A DNA stretch of 64,000 nucleotides from Parcubacteria group bacterium Gr01-1014_20 (GTDB lineage: Bacteria; Patescibacteriota; Minisyncoccia; UBA6257; 2-01-FULL-56-20), in the NCBI GenBank assembly GCA_007376265.1, contig VMFW01000001.1:2455-66454 (forward strand), read 5' to 3'. Below, piece by piece: positions 52,874-63,923 of the stretch; the first letter of the stretch is position 1; the number at the start of each line of letters is the position of its first letter. The notes under the pieces are model-generated. The model had not been told where the DNA came from, did not search any database, and was given only the letters and a program-made list of their open reading frames with translations. Made by a program: the position numbers and the translations under genes.

Positions 52874-53698
52874 CTACTCTCGTATGTCTCTTGGACCCAA
52901 AACGAACTGGTAGGCGTGAACGCCCTTCCCTGGAATGCGGAACTGGCGTTCGGCGGTGCCCTGGATGTAGCCCTCGCTTGCAAAAGTGAACTGGAGGCTG
53001 GCCTGTTGCCCACGCTCCAGAACTTCTCGTCCGTGGAAGATGTAGATTTCACCGGGACGAAGAGTGTAGCGAAGCTGGCCGCCCACTCTGATACTTAGAT
53101 CAAAGTGAGTGTTGTTGGCTACTTGGACCACGGCCGTGGCGTTCCAATCTTCCCTGGGGTAATCAACCGTGTGCGTGCGCAGACTGGCTTTGGCGAGAGC
53201 GTAAACGGGTGTTTGGCCGCTTCGGAGTTGATTTCCGTCGGGGGTTTTTATGTCTCCCAGGCGGACGATCCAGGATTGCGATCGGGGATTCTGACTTTGA
53301 AAACTAAAGATCTTGGAGGCGAATCCGAGATGTTTTCCTTGCGAGAGGTCGTCGGCGTCGAGGTAGTACTTGATGAGAACCGACACCTGAGGATTCAGGG
53401 GTTCCCACTTTAGACCAAGGAGTTCTTGGCCGATGACGCCGTCGATGCTTTCACCCGGTGCGATGAGAGCCACTTCCTTGTCGTAGACGTAGACTCTTCC
53501 GTAGAAAGGAACAGCCGAGGTCACCGAGAGGTGATTGCCATTCAGGTCGAAGCCAAGCTTTTTCATAGCTGGGCTATCCACTTTCACAGCGGAAAGCGAG
53601 TTTTCGACCAGGCCCGCGATTTGCTTGATGATTCCGGCGTTTGCTGATTGGGTCAGGAGCGCGACGATCACGACGAGAAAAAGCGTCTTTTTTGCCAT
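52874..53698 (-). CDS. Secreted protein with a signal peptide, function unknown
   Basis: MAKKTLFLVVIVALLTQSANA signal peptide. Confidence 0.5.
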   Translation of the reverse strand: MAKKTLFLVVIVALLTQSANAGIIKQIAGLVENSLSAVKVDSPAMKKLGFDLNGNHLSVTSAVPFYGRVYVYDKEVALIAPGESIDGVIGQELLGLKWEPLNPQVSVLIKYYLDADDLSQGKHLGFASKIFSFQSQNPRSQSWIVRLGDIKTPDGNQLRSGQTPVYALAKASLRTHTVDYPREDWNATAVVQVANNTHFDLSIRVGGQLRYTLRPGEIYIFHGREVLERGQQASLQFTFASEGYIQGTAERQFRIPGKGVHAYQFVLGPRDIRE

Positions 53699-53864
53699 AT
53701 AGACATCCTCCGTTTTCGGGTTTAGAGAGTTAAGACTACTTTCTTTATTATATACTTTTATCTATTAAATGTCAAATGAGAAGAAGGTTTGACTACTTTC
53801 GGTTTTTAGGACAAGATGGAGGCGGATTTTTAACAATTTAGAGGAGAATAAGGAGGTGACCTGA

Positions 53865-54806
53865 ATGGCCAAAAATAAACCCACTTTTGCCCTTGGGCGA
53901 GCGGGTTATATTCCCAAGCGTCGTGAAGGGAAAACCAGCAATATGAATGGGCGGCCGAAGCGAGGACGAGAGGAGGGCGAAGCCCTTGATCTTTACCTGA
54001 ACGAGATTGGCCGTATTCCGCTTTTGACTGGAGAGCAAGAGAGGGCTCTCGCGACCCGAGTTCGAGAGGGTGATGAAGAGGCTTGTCAAAAACTCGTGCA
54101 GTCGAATCTGCGATTTGTGGTTTCAGTAGCGAAACAATACCAGAACCAGGGTATGACACTCGGTGACTTGATCAACGAGGGCAATGTTGGTTTGATGAAA
54201 GCCGCAAAGAGATTTGACCCAAGCCTGGGTTTCAAGTTTATTTCTTACGCGGTGTGGTGGATTCGCCAGGCGGTCTTGCAGGCACTTTCCGAGCAGTCGA
54301 GGATTGTTCGGCTTCCCCTCAATAAGGTTGGTGATCTTCAAAAGATCAACCGGACGAAAGAAATGCTCGAGAAAGACGGTGGGCAACCGGCGGATGCGGC
54401 AACAATTGCCGATGAGCTTGGAATGTCTAGCGAAGATGTGACCCGAGCTCTCCAGATCGCAGGGACTCATTTGTCGCTAGACGCTCCTTTCGCGGGCGCG
54501 GAGGACACTAGTCTCATGGATATCCTTGAAGATGAGGCGGTTGTTTCACCGGACGTGGCGGCTCTTGAGGGTTCTTTGAGGGACGCGATTGACGTTTGTC
54601 TTTCTCAGCTTTCGGCAAGAGAGGAGTTGGTGGTTAGACTTTATTCTGGGTTAAGTGCTGACGGTATGAAACTTACCCTCGAAGAGATTGGTGTCAGGCT
54701 TAACATAACCCGAGAGAGGGTGAGGCAAATCAAAGAAAAGGCTCTTAAGCGCCTTCGAATTGGCAATCGAGCTAGACTCCTGAGGTCGTTTTACGATTCT
54801 TTCTAA
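53865..54806 (+). CDS. RNA polymerase sigma-70 family factor (RpoD-like, short)
   Basis: Regions 1.2 (DLYLNEIGRIPLLT), 2.x (NLRFVVSVAKQY, DLINEGNVGLMKA, ISYAVWWIRQA), 3 and 4. Strong SD AAGGAGG upstream. Confidence 0.85.
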   Translation: MAKNKPTFALGRAGYIPKRREGKTSNMNGRPKRGREEGEALDLYLNEIGRIPLLTGEQERALATRVREGDEEACQKLVQSNLRFVVSVAKQYQNQGMTLGDLINEGNVGLMKAAKRFDPSLGFKFISYAVWWIRQAVLQALSEQSRIVRLPLNKVGDLQKINRTKEMLEKDGGQPADAATIADELGMSSEDVTRALQIAGTHLSLDAPFAGAEDTSLMDILEDEAVVSPDVAALEGSLRDAIDVCLSQLSAREELVVRLYSGLSADGMKLTLEEIGVRLNITRERVRQIKEKALKRLRIGNRARLLRSFYDSF

Positions 54807-54807
54807 G

Positions 54808-54838
54808 CCACCCGTATTTAAGGGTGGCTTTTTTATAC
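54808..54838 (+). terminator. Rho-independent terminator after the sigma factor gene
   Basis: agccaccc gtatttaa gggtggct ttttt. Confidence 0.7.
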
Positions 54839-54854
54839 CCATCCATCCCTTGTA

Positions 54855-54882
54855 TTGACAGGTAAATGCTCGCATGTATAAT
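54855..54882 (+). promoter_or_regulatory. Consensus sigma-70 promoter upstream of nusA
   Basis: TTGACA-N16-TATAAT, perfect hexamers. Confidence 0.6.
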
Positions 54883-55002
54883 TAAGACTAATTCAGATTC
54901 GATTGATTTTTGGTCCGCCTGCGAGCGGACTTTATTATTGAGAGCGGTCACGAATATAAGAATTTCGATGAATATACAAACGAGTAATTATTTAAAACTA
55001 AA

Positions 55003-56274
55003 ATGTTTGATGTAAAAAGTTTTTCGAAGTTAGTAACACAGGTGGCGGAGGAGAAGGGAATTCCGGCCGAAAAAGTAATCGAGGCGATTGAATCTGCAAT
55101 TGCGGCGGCCTACAAGAAAGAATATGGGGTAAGAGGTGAGATCGTGAAAGCAAAGTTTAACCTAAAAACCGGAGGGGTTGATTTTTGGCGAGTTAAGACG
55201 GTGGTGGATGAAACGACGGTAAGGGTTGTCGAGGAGGGAGAAGAGGAAAGTGAAGCTTCGACGTTCGCCCGAGGCGAGGTCGGAGTCCCGCCCGTTTCGC
55301 GTGTTGGGAAAGAGACTGAAGATGATGAGCAGAAACTTCCCCGTTACAATTCGGAGAGACACATTTTTATTAAAGAAGCGCGAGAGATAAAAGCTGACGC
55401 GGTTTTGGGAGAGGAGTTAACTTTTCCTCTCGAGATGAGGGAAGATTTTGGAAGGATTGCGGCTCAAGCGGCCAAGCAGGTGATTTTTCAAAAACTTAGA
55501 GGCTCGGAGCGGGATTCTATTTTGAGCGAGTGGCGAGGCAAAGAGGGGCAGGTTGTGAGCGGAGTAGTGCAGCGTTTTGAGAAGGGGCACATTTACATTG
55601 ATCTAGGAAGAACAGTGGGGGTGATGTTTTCAAATGAGTCAGTTCCAAGTGAGCACTATCGTTCTGGTGATCGGATGAAGTTTTTGGTCTTAGCGGTTCA
55701 GGAAGACACCCGCTTGCCGGGGGTGATTCTTTCCCGCTCACATCCGAAGTTTGTGGCTAAGCTTTTTGAGAGTGAGGTGCCGGAGCTGGCTGAGGGATTA
55801 GTGGAAATAAAAGCTATCACTCGAGAGCCAGGCAACCGAACGAAACTGGCGGTGGCTTCGAATGCTGATGGGGTGGATCCGGTAGGGGCTTTGGTTGGCC
55901 AGCGTGGAACGAGGGTGATGGTTGTAAACAATGAACTCGGAAATGAGAAGATTGATATTATCGAATGGTCGGATGACCCAGAGAAATTTATCGCGAACGC
56001 GCTTTCGCCAGCTAAAGTGATGGGAGTAGAGGCTTTGCAAAGGAGGGAGGCCAGGGTTTTTGTGCCGGAAGATCAGTTGAGTTTGGCGATTGGCCGAGGT
56101 GGCCAGAACGTCCGGTTGGCGGCTAGACTTACGGGTTGGAAGATTGATGTTCGGTCGCAAACGAGGCCGGAAGAAGTTCAAGCGGGAGGGGTGGCGGGGG
56201 GAGAGGTGTCGGGTAATTTTGAGGAAACGCCGGATGATAAAGACGAAGCCAAACCGGCCAAAGCTAAAAAATAA
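55003..56274 (+). CDS. nusA: Transcription termination/antitermination factor NusA
   Basis: N-terminal domain plus S1 and KH domains. Confidence 0.9.
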   Translation: MFDVKSFSKLVTQVAEEKGIPAEKVIEAIESAIAAAYKKEYGVRGEIVKAKFNLKTGGVDFWRVKTVVDETTVRVVEEGEEESEASTFARGEVGVPPVSRVGKETEDDEQKLPRYNSERHIFIKEAREIKADAVLGEELTFPLEMREDFGRIAAQAAKQVIFQKLRGSERDSILSEWRGKEGQVVSGVVQRFEKGHIYIDLGRTVGVMFSNESVPSEHYRSGDRMKFLVLAVQEDTRLPGVILSRSHPKFVAKLFESEVPELAEGLVEIKAITREPGNRTKLAVASNADGVDPVGALVGQRGTRVMVVNNELGNEKIDIIEWSDDPEKFIANALSPAKVMGVEALQRREARVFVPEDQLSLAIGRGGQNVRLAARLTGWKIDVRSQTRPEEVQAGGVAGGEVSGNFEETPDDKDEAKPAKAKK

Positions 56275-56294
56275 ACTATTAAATTAATTTAAAC

Positions 56295-58268
56295 ATGAAT
56301 AACATCCTACCCATTGCGCTCTCCTTGGTTTCGATAGCTTTTGGTTTGTTTTTGATTTTTCTTATTAAACGTTATCCGGCTGGAGACAGTAAGATTTTAG
56401 CGATCAGAGACGCGATTAAGGAGGGATCCAAAACTTACTTGAAACGACAGAACAAAACTGTTTTTTGGGTGGCATTGATAATCGCAGTTATTTTGTGGAA
56501 GGTTCTGAGTGGCGCGGCGGCCTTAGGATTTCTTTTGGGGGCTTTTGCTTCGGCTTTGGCGGGCTACTTAGGGATGATGACGGCGGTTGACACCAACTCG
56601 AGAACAACTGAAGCCGCCAAAAAAGGATTAGGCGAGGCTTTTCGGGTGGCTTTTTTGGGAGGATCGGTGACGGGATTTTTAGTCGTGGGTTTAGGACTTT
56701 TAATAGTCGGAGCTTTTTACATTTTTTTGCCGGCCGGGAATATTCAACCTTTGGTTGGTTTAGCGTTCGGGAGTTCGCTTATCTCTGTGTTTGCCCGCTT
56801 AGGGGGTGGAATTTTTACTAAGGCGGCTGATGTCGGAACGGATCTAGTGGGTAAGGTTGAGGCTGGAATTCCGGAGGACGACCCTCGAAATCCGGGAGTG
56901 ATTGCTGATAATGTTGGCGATAACGTCGGTGATTGCGCTGGGATGGCAGCTGACCTTTTTGAAACTTATGCGGTCACGCTTACGGCGGCCATTCTTCTTG
57001 GGACCGCCAGTCTTTCTATAGAACAGGTATCTTTTCCTCTGGCGCTTGGAGGAATGGCGATTGTAGCTTCTATTTTGGGAAGTTTCTTTGTGAGGGTCGG
57101 GAAAAGCGGCTCAATTATGGGCGCGCTTTATAAGGGACTAATAATTTCGCTCTCGGTGTCGGCGGTTTTGTTTTACTGGGCCGCTAAAATTTACTTTCCG
57201 GAAAATTATCTGAACATTTTCTTTGCGAGTTTAGTGGGTTTGGCGGTAACAGCGTTAATGGTTTGGGTGACCGACTACTATACTGCTAAAAAATACCGGC
57301 CAGTAAAAAGTATCGCCGAAGCCTCAAAGTTTGGACATGGAACGAATATTATCATGGGGCTTTCAGTCGGAATGGAATCAACTTTCCTCCCGATCTTGAT
57401 AATTGTTTTGGGAATTTTGTCAGCCCATGCTTTTGCCGGTCTTTATGGAATTGCGGTCGCCGCGACGGCGATGTTATCGGTGGCGGGAATTATTGTGGCG
57501 ATCGATTCTTTCGGGCCAATTACGGATAACGCCGGGGGGATAGCGGAGATGACGGGGGCGCCCGAGTCGGTTCGGGAGACAACCGATGCGCTCGATGCGG
57601 TTGGAAATACCACTAAGGCAATTACAAAGGGTTACGCTATCGCTTCGGCTGGGCTTGCGGCCATAGTTTTATTTTCTGGTTACATTGAGGAGCTTGTGGC
57701 TTCTGGGAAGACGGTGGTTTTTGAGCTTCAGGACCCTCAGGTTATTGTGGGGCTTTTTCTTGGAGCATCAATCCCGTTTCTTTTCGCCTCAATCGCCATG
57801 AAGGCGGTGGGTAAGGCGGCCGGATCTTTAGTGGCTGAGATTCGTCGACAGTTCAGAGAAATTAAGGGGTTAATGGAGGGGACGGCAAAACCGGAATATG
57901 GGAAGGCCGTTGATATTGTGACTCGGTCGGCTTTGAAAGAGATGATAGTTCCTGCGCTTTTGCCAATCGTTTCCGTGCTTGCGGTTGGTTTTTTTATGGG
58001 AGCGAAAGGGGTGGGAGGATTTTTAATCGGGAGTATTGTTTCCGGTCTTTTTGTGGCGATTTCAATGACTTCGGGCGGAGCGGCTTGGGATAACGCTAAA
58101 AAATTCATTGAAAGCGGGAACTTTGGCGGGAAGGGATCGGAGGCCCATAAGGCAGCCGTGACCGGAGACACTGTTGGTGACCCCTACAAAGATACAGCCG
58201 GACCAGCGATTAATCCTTTGATCAAAGTGATCAACATTGTGGCGTTGCTTCTAGTGCCATTTTTGTAA
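56295..58268 (+). CDS. hppA: Membrane-bound proton-translocating pyrophosphatase
   Basis: [19 protein letters not shown] and DNVGDNVGD signatures. Confidence 0.9.
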   Translation: MNNILPIALSLVSIAFGLFLIFLIKRYPAGDSKILAIRDAIKEGSKTYLKRQNKTVFWVALIIAVILWKVLSGAAALGFLLGAFASALAGYLGMMTAVDTNSRTTEAAKKGLGEAFRVAFLGGSVTGFLVVGLGLLIVGAFYIFLPAGNIQPLVGLAFGSSLISVFARLGGGIFTKAADVGTDLVGKVEAGIPEDDPRNPGVIADNVGDNVGDCAGMAADLFETYAVTLTAAILLGTASLSIEQVSFPLALGGMAIVASILGSFFVRVGKSGSIMGALYKGLIISLSVSAVLFYWAAKIYFPENYLNIFFASLVGLAVTALMVWVTDYYTAKKYRPVKSIAEASKFGHGTNIIMGLSVGMESTFLPILIIVLGILSAHAFAGLYGIAVAATAMLSVAGIIVAIDSFGPITDNAGGIAEMTGAPESVRETTDALDAVGNTTKAITKGYAIASAGLAAIVLFSGYIEELVASGKTVVFELQDPQVIVGLFLGASIPFLFASIAMKAVGKAAGSLVAEIRRQFREIKGLMEGTAKPEYGKAVDIVTRSALKEMIVPALLPIVSVLAVGFFMGAKGVGGFLIGSIVSGLFVAISMTSGGAAWDNAKKFIESGNFGGKGSEAHKAAVTGDTVGDPYKDTAGPAINPLIKVINIVALLLVPFL

Positions 58269-58356
58269 GATAACTTGGTAAATTGCAATTCGTGACAAAT
58301 TGGTTGGGTTTTTGTAAAATATGTTTGTCGCAGGTTGTCGGTAATAAATTAAGAAC

Positions 58357-58941
58357 ATGAATCTAATCCCAACCGTAATCGAAAAAAGTGGGCGAGGGGA
58401 GAGGGCTTATGACATTTACTCCCGTCTGCTCAAGGAGAGAATAATTTTTCTGGGCGGACCAATAGTGGATGCGGTAGCAAACTCGGTGATTGCTCAGCTT
58501 TTGTTCTTAGAGCACGAGGACAGCAAAAAGGATATTAAGCTTTACTTAAACACCCCAGGCGGGTCGGTGACGGCGGGGCTCGCAATTTATGACACGATGC
58601 AATATGTAAAGCCCGACGTGCAGACGATTTGCGTGGGAATGGCCGCTTCAATGGGCGCGGTTCTACTTGCCGCCGGGAAAAAAGGTAAGCGGTTTTCCTT
58701 GCCCAATGCAGAGGTTTTGCTTCACCAGGTGATGGGTGGAGTGGAGGGTCAGGCCATTGAAGTTGAAATCACCGCTCGGCACATTATTAAAATCAAGGAC
58801 AAAATTAACCAAATCCTAGCTAAGCACACAGGGAAACCAATTGGGAAGATAGAAAAAGACACGGATCGAGATTTTTACATGACTCCACTTGAGGCGAAGG
58901 AATATGGTTTGGTTGATGAGATTATAAAAAATAATCGGTAG
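58357..58941 (+). CDS. clpP: ATP-dependent Clp protease proteolytic subunit
   Basis: GMAASMGA active-site Ser and His motif. Confidence 0.9.
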   Translation: MNLIPTVIEKSGRGERAYDIYSRLLKERIIFLGGPIVDAVANSVIAQLLFLEHEDSKKDIKLYLNTPGGSVTAGLAIYDTMQYVKPDVQTICVGMAASMGAVLLAAGKKGKRFSLPNAEVLLHQVMGGVEGQAIEVEITARHIIKIKDKINQILAKHTGKPIGKIEKDTDRDFYMTPLEAKEYGLVDEIIKNNR

Positions 58942-58964
58942 GTTTTACTCGAAAAGGCCTTGAT

Positions 58965-58990
58965 AAAAACCGCCGATTGGGCGGTTTTTG
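58965..58990 (+). terminator. Rho-independent terminator after clpP
   Basis: aaccgcc gatt ggcggtt ttt. Confidence 0.6.
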
Positions 58991-59007
58991 TGATAGAATT
59001 TTAGAAT

Positions 59008-60204
59008 ATGGAATCTGACCGGGAAAAAAATATAAAACAGGTTTTAGAAAGAAACGTTCAGGATGTCATTGAGCGAGGACATCTTCGCCAGGCTTTGCTT
59101 AGCGGTAAAAAGCTAAGAATTAAGCACGGGATTGATCCGACGGGTGACAAAATTCACATTGGGCGCGCGGTAGTGCTTTGGAAACTCAAAGAGTTTCAAG
59201 AGTTGGGGCATAAGATTGTTTTAATTATCGGAGATTTTACGGCTCAGATTGGAGACCCATCGGATAAACTTTCAAAGCGACCGTTTCTCTCTAGCACCGA
59301 GATTAAAAAGAATTTGAAGAATTATCTTCCTCAGATTGGAAAAATTTTGAATTTGAAAAAGGTGGAGGTGAGATACAACAGTGAGTGGCTTTCGAAGCTT
59401 GACTTTCGAGAGGTTTCGGAACTCGCGGAAGTATTTTCGGTTCAGCAGATGGTGAAGCGGCGTAACTTTGCCGAGCGGTGGGAGAAGGAAGAGGAGATAA
59501 GCTTAAGGGAGTTTTTTTATCCATTGATGCAGGGGTACGATTCAGTGGCGGTTAAGGCGGATTTGGAGTTAGGTGGTACGGATCAACTCTTCAACCTAAT
59601 GGCCGGGAGAAAGATTCAGGAATATTACGGTCAGAAACCGCAGGACGTAATGACCGCCAAGATGCTTTTGGGGACAGACGGTCGGAAGATGAGCACGAGC
59701 TGGGGGAATGTAATCAACATTATTGACTCTCCGAGGGAGCAGTTCGGGAAAGTAATGTCAATGAAGGACGAGAGTATTCTCGAGTACTTTGCTTTGGCAA
59801 CCGATGCTTCCACAGACGAAATTAGAGAAGTCGAAGCAGAACTGAAAAAATCCAACCCTAAAATAGTTAAAGAGAAGTTGGCGACTAGAATTGTCGAAAG
59901 GTACCACGGAGGAGAGGCGGCCTTAAAAGCGAAGGCGGATTTTGAGAAGGTTTTTTCTAAGAGAGATTTTTCGGGCCCGTTGCCGGTTTTAGGAATTCCA
60001 AAGTCTGGTTTTCAGATTTTGGAGTTGGTGATGATTTCCGGGGTAGTAACAAGTCGAAGTGAAGCGAGAAGACTAATAGAGCAGGGCGGGGTGGATGTGG
60101 ACGATGAGAATGTATCCGACCCAAAAACTGAGAAAGTTTTTAAGGGAGGAGAAGTTTTGCGGGTGGGAAAGAAAAGTTTTTTTAAAGTTCAGATTGTGAA
60201 GTGA
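59008..60204 (+). CDS. tyrS: Tyrosyl-tRNA synthetase
   Basis: Class-I HIGH-like HIGR and KMSTS motifs, with a C-terminal S4-like domain. Confidence 0.9.
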   Translation: MESDREKNIKQVLERNVQDVIERGHLRQALLSGKKLRIKHGIDPTGDKIHIGRAVVLWKLKEFQELGHKIVLIIGDFTAQIGDPSDKLSKRPFLSSTEIKKNLKNYLPQIGKILNLKKVEVRYNSEWLSKLDFREVSELAEVFSVQQMVKRRNFAERWEKEEEISLREFFYPLMQGYDSVAVKADLELGGTDQLFNLMAGRKIQEYYGQKPQDVMTAKMLLGTDGRKMSTSWGNVINIIDSPREQFGKVMSMKDESILEYFALATDASTDEIREVEAELKKSNPKIVKEKLATRIVERYHGGEAALKAKADFEKVFSKRDFSGPLPVLGIPKSGFQILELVMISGVVTSRSEARRLIEQGGVDVDDENVSDPKTEKVFKGGEVLRVGKKSFFKVQIVK

Positions 60205-60281
60205 GGATTGCAGCCCCGTTCGACTCCATTTACCCGGAACTAAATTAATATGACAGTTAGTAATATTAATTTGGTTAGCAG

Positions 60282-60352
60282 AGCGGGTAAGGGGAGTCGA
60301 ACCCCTGTCATCAGCTTGGAAAGCTGAGGTAATGCCGTTATACGATACCCGC
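60282..60352 (-). tRNA. tRNA-Gly(UCC)
   Basis: Hand fold: acceptor gcgggta/tacccgc, anticodon loop ttTCCaa, T-loop ttcgact. Confidence 0.8.
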
Positions 60353-60442
60353 AGTTTGGTTTAATTTAGCAAGTTTTCTCTAAAACTCAAAATAATTGAC
60401 TGGTTACTTGTGTTAAATTAGAATGGTTCTGAGATAAATAGG

Positions 60443-61039
60443 ATGAAAAAATTACCCCATAAGGTAAAACTTTTCTTGGTTTTCGCCGCCGTTGTTTTCG
60501 GCGGTTATTTGGCTATAACGCTGGCGGGTTCTTTTGGCGGGGGGGTGCCAGCGGCTTTTTCGGATGCTAGAATGCAGGGAGCCCTGATTGCCCAAAACAT
60601 AGTCGATGTTTCGAACCAATCGGTGACTGACCTTGAAAAAATCAGCGCGCTTGATAAGTCCGGCAACTTTACGGAGGCGCTAAACGAAATAACCGCCATG
60701 GTTGGTAGGAGTCAAGAAATTAGAAATCATGCAGTTGAGTTATCGACGGAACTTGAAAAGATGACTCGGTCACTTTCAGAGGTAAAATCTTTCGAGGCTA
60801 GGCAGGCGGCACTAGAAGCAATTGGGAATCATTTGTCGATGATTAGCAGACTCATAAATTACAGCGCGTATTTAGGGGGGTTACTCGAGGTACTCCGAAA
60901 CAGATTTCTGGGCAATTTTTCAGATAACGTGCGAGTTGTGGACATCATTACCCAGATCAATATAGAGGTAAAATCAATAAACGATTTAAATATTCAGGCA
61001 AAGTCTGCTATTCAAAGATTTGACGAGTTGGTGCGTTGA
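60443..61039 (+). CDS. Hypothetical protein with an N-terminal membrane anchor
   Basis: 198 aa with a TM segment at residues 10-30. Confidence 0.45.
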   Translation: MKKLPHKVKLFLVFAAVVFGGYLAITLAGSFGGGVPAAFSDARMQGALIAQNIVDVSNQSVTDLEKISALDKSGNFTEALNEITAMVGRSQEIRNHAVELSTELEKMTRSLSEVKSFEARQAALEAIGNHLSMISRLINYSAYLGGLLEVLRNRFLGNFSDNVRVVDIITQINIEVKSINDLNIQAKSAIQRFDELVR

Positions 61040-61072
61040 TTGGAGGTAGTTTTGGTAAGCGATAAGTGTTTT

Positions 61073-61144
61073 CGGCCCGTAGCTCAGTGGCAGAGCAAGC
61101 GTCTTATAAGCGCTGGGTCGCAGGTTCGATCCCTGCCGGGCCGA
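61073..61144 (+). tRNA. tRNA-Ile(UAU), putative
   Basis: Hand fold: acceptor cggcccg/cgggccg, D-loop agtggcaga, anticodon loop ctTATaa, T-loop ttcgatc, discriminator A. Confidence 0.7.
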
Positions 61145-61149
61145 CAGAT

Positions 61150-63057
61150 TTAAACCGAGACCGGTTTTATCTTGAAGGGTTTGATGATGCTGTAGAAATC
61201 TTCTTGTTCCAGGGTTTCTCGCTCTATCAGGGCTTTCGCGACTGAGGCGAGAGCTTTTTTGTTGCTCACAATAATCTTTTTAGCGGTTTCGTAGCTTCGA
61301 GTGATAAAATTTTTTACTTCCTCGTCAATCTTTTCGGCCACTTTTTCCGAGTAGTTTTTTTCGGACGAGATTTCTCTCCCCAAGAAAATCAACTCATCCG
61401 TCTTACCAAAGGTGAGCGGCCCGAGAACTTCGCTCATGCCGTATTTGGTAATCATTTTCCTTGCGAGAGCAGAGGCTTCTTTAAGGTCGCTCGAGGCTCC
61501 AGTTGATATGTCGTTAAACTGAACTTTTTCAGCGATCATGCCAGCGAGCATAACGGCTAAGTCGTTTAGGAATTGAGTTTTAGTTCGTAGGTGCTGTTCT
61601 TCAAGGGGAAGTTTCATGGTGTAGCCGCCGGCAGTGCCGCGACTCACTATCGAAACTTTGTGGACGGGATCAGAATCCTTGAGAGAGGCGGCGACAAGCG
61701 CGTGACCCCCTTCATGGTAAGCGGTAATTTCTTTCTCTTTCACAGAGATGATCCGATTTTTTCTTTCGGGACCCAAAATCACTTTTTCAATAGAAGAGTA
61801 TAGATCTTCCTGTTCTATGATTTTTTGATTTTTCCTGGCGGCTAAGATGGCGGATTCGTTAGTGAGGTTGGCCAGGTCGGCGCCCGAAAAGCCCGGAGTG
61901 CGAACGGCGATTTTTTTTAAGTCAACTTTCGGCGATAAAGGTTTGCCCCGGACGTGAATTTTTAGGATTTCTTCTCGATCCTTGATGTCGGGCATATCAA
62001 TGACTACTCGTCGGTCAAATCGGCCTGGGCGAAGCAGGGCTGGGTCGAGAATGTCGGGTCGATTGGTAGCGGCAAGAACGATGATTTTTGTATCCCGGTC
62101 AAAGCCATCGAGCTCGACTAAGATTTGATTTAGAGTTTGCTCCCGCTCATCGTTGCCCCCACCCATACCGGCGCCTCTCTGGCGGCCAACGGCGTCGATT
62201 TCATCAACGAAAAGGATGGCTGGAGCAGCGCGTTTGGCGACGGCGAACGCGTCTCGAGTGCGCGAGGCGCCAACACCGACGAACATCTCAACGAATTCTG
62301 AGGCCGAAATGTTGAAAAAGGGAACGTTGGCTTCGCCGGCAACAGCTCGGGCGAGGAGGGTCTTGCCGGTACCGGGCATGCCCACCAATAGAACGCCTCG
62401 GGGGATTCTGGCTCCTAGCTCAAGAAATTTTTTAGGACTTTTAAGAAACTCGACGACCTCCATCAACTCTTCCTTGGCTTCTTTGCAACCCGCCACGTCG
62501 TTGAAGGTGATTTTTTCTTTCGCTAAGTTTGATAGACGAACACCGGAGCGGCCGAAGTTGAAAGCCTGATTGACGCCCGTTCGGGCCTGACGAAACATTA
62601 ACCAGAAGATAGCGCCGATAAAAATAACCGGTAGGAGAGTAGGGATTAAAATACCCGCCCAAAATTGCCAGCCTGACGGCTCCTCTATTTCAAGTTGAAC
62701 TTTTTGAAGGGCCGCCTGATCGACGGCTAAGTTTTTTAGGGTTTCGGTGAATCCAGATTCAGCTTCTTTTTTTGATTTGGCTTCGGTGCCATCGCTTAAA
62801 GTGACTTTAATGCTCTCGCCACTGATTACAATTGTTTTGACTTCTCCGGCGTTAATTTTCGCTACCAACTCGTTGATATTGATTTCTTTTGGTTTGGTTG
62901 TGCCACTTTCGATGAGGGATGAGAAAACTAACGAGATAACAATTAAAGTGACGAGGGACCAGATGATGTTTTTTGTGAAATTAGACATGATGTTTCTGAT
63001 TGTATGCCAAAATTTGAATTTTGAAAAGACGGGGGGCCTTCCCGTCTTTTCTTCCAT
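61150..63057 (-). CDS. ftsH: ATP-dependent zinc metalloprotease FtsH
   Basis: [33 protein letters not shown]. Confidence 0.95.
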   Translation of the reverse strand: MEEKTGRPPVFSKFKFWHTIRNIMSNFTKNIIWSLVTLIVISLVFSSLIESGTTKPKEININELVAKINAGEVKTIVISGESIKVTLSDGTEAKSKKEAESGFTETLKNLAVDQAALQKVQLEIEEPSGWQFWAGILIPTLLPVIFIGAIFWLMFRQARTGVNQAFNFGRSGVRLSNLAKEKITFNDVAGCKEAKEELMEVVEFLKSPKKFLELGARIPRGVLLVGMPGTGKTLLARAVAGEANVPFFNISASEFVEMFVGVGASRTRDAFAVAKRAAPAILFVDEIDAVGRQRGAGMGGGNDEREQTLNQILVELDGFDRDTKIIVLAATNRPDILDPALLRPGRFDRRVVIDMPDIKDREEILKIHVRGKPLSPKVDLKKIAVRTPGFSGADLANLTNESAILAARKNQKIIEQEDLYSSIEKVILGPERKNRIISVKEKEITAYHEGGHALVAASLKDSDPVHKVSIVSRGTAGGYTMKLPLEEQHLRTKTQFLNDLAVMLAGMIAEKVQFNDISTGASSDLKEASALARKMITKYGMSEVLGPLTFGKTDELIFLGREISSEKNYSEKVAEKIDEEVKNFITRSYETAKKIIVSNKKALASVAKALIERETLEQEDFYSIIKPFKIKPVSV

Positions 63058-63073
63058 CCGTTTTTAAGTTCAA

Positions 63074-63367
63074 TTACTTCTTTTTGGCGGCAGCTAGAAA
63101 GTCCTTCATTTCTCTCACTAACCCCTCCATTTCCTCATTTCTAACTTCGTCTAGATCGGAAACCTTGGCGCGTAGGAATTCGTCCACTTTGGCGGCGTTG
63201 CCAATCTCAACTAGTTTGTCGAACTCTTTTTGGTCTTCGGCTGTGAGTCGATCGTAGACTCTGATTACGAGGCGTTTCAAGAGCGAGTCGGTGATTTGGA
63301 TAAGAATTTTTGACTTATCTTCTTCGTTTAAGTTTTCCAGGTCGAGTTCTTTGGTGATGTCGTTCAT
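63074..63367 (-). CDS. Small acidic hypothetical protein
   Basis: 97 aa ORF. Confidence 0.4.
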   Translation of the reverse strand: MNDITKELDLENLNEEDKSKILIQITDSLLKRLVIRVYDRLTAEDQKEFDKLVEIGNAAKVDEFLRAKVSDLDEVRNEEMEGLVREMKDFLAAAKKK

Positions 63368-63404
63368 GATTTTATGTTATCAGATTTGTTGTTTTCGACC
63401 AAAA

Positions 63405-63923
63405 TTATCTGGAAAAGCTGGCCATTTTGAGAAGCTTTTCGATGGTTAAGTTTTTAACGGATCGGCCGGGGAATAAGTTTCTCAAGATTTGGGCTAAGCC
63501 GCGCCGATGGCTGATTTCTGCGGCATCAATATTTTTTTCATCTGGGAAGTATTCGAATAGGTCTCGGCCGTAGCGTTTTAGGTATTCTCCAACTTTAAGA
63601 TCTTTAATTTTGGTGTATTCGGTTTCGGTGAGACCTGAAGAACCCCAGGCCTCATTGTAGTTTTCGATGGCGTGTTCGTGGAGGGGGTGATTTTGTAGGA
63701 AAACCAGTAGTTTTTGGAGGTAGGGTTGGTCAGGGTTGCGTTTGAGGGCTTGGGCGGTTTTCTTGATCAACTCTTCTTGATCTAGAAGGCAGTAGTTTTC
63801 TAGGGTGGTTTCGGCCTCGTGGGCGATGTTTTCAGGGATGATTTCGGCATGAGTATGGACGTGGGCGTGAGTTTCCGCAGAACTTGCGTCTGGTTTGATA
63901 TCGCTTGAGGGTTCCCTGATCAC
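63405..63923 (-). CDS. Hypothetical protein (His-rich N-terminus)
   Basis: 172 aa ORF near the window end. Confidence 0.4.
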   Translation of the reverse strand: MIREPSSDIKPDASSAETHAHVHTHAEIIPENIAHEAETTLENYCLLDQEELIKKTAQALKRNPDQPYLQKLLVFLQNHPLHEHAIENYNEAWGSSGLTETEYTKIKDLKVGEYLKRYGRDLFEYFPDEKNIDAAEISHRRGLAQILRNLFPGRSVKNLTIEKLLKMASFSR

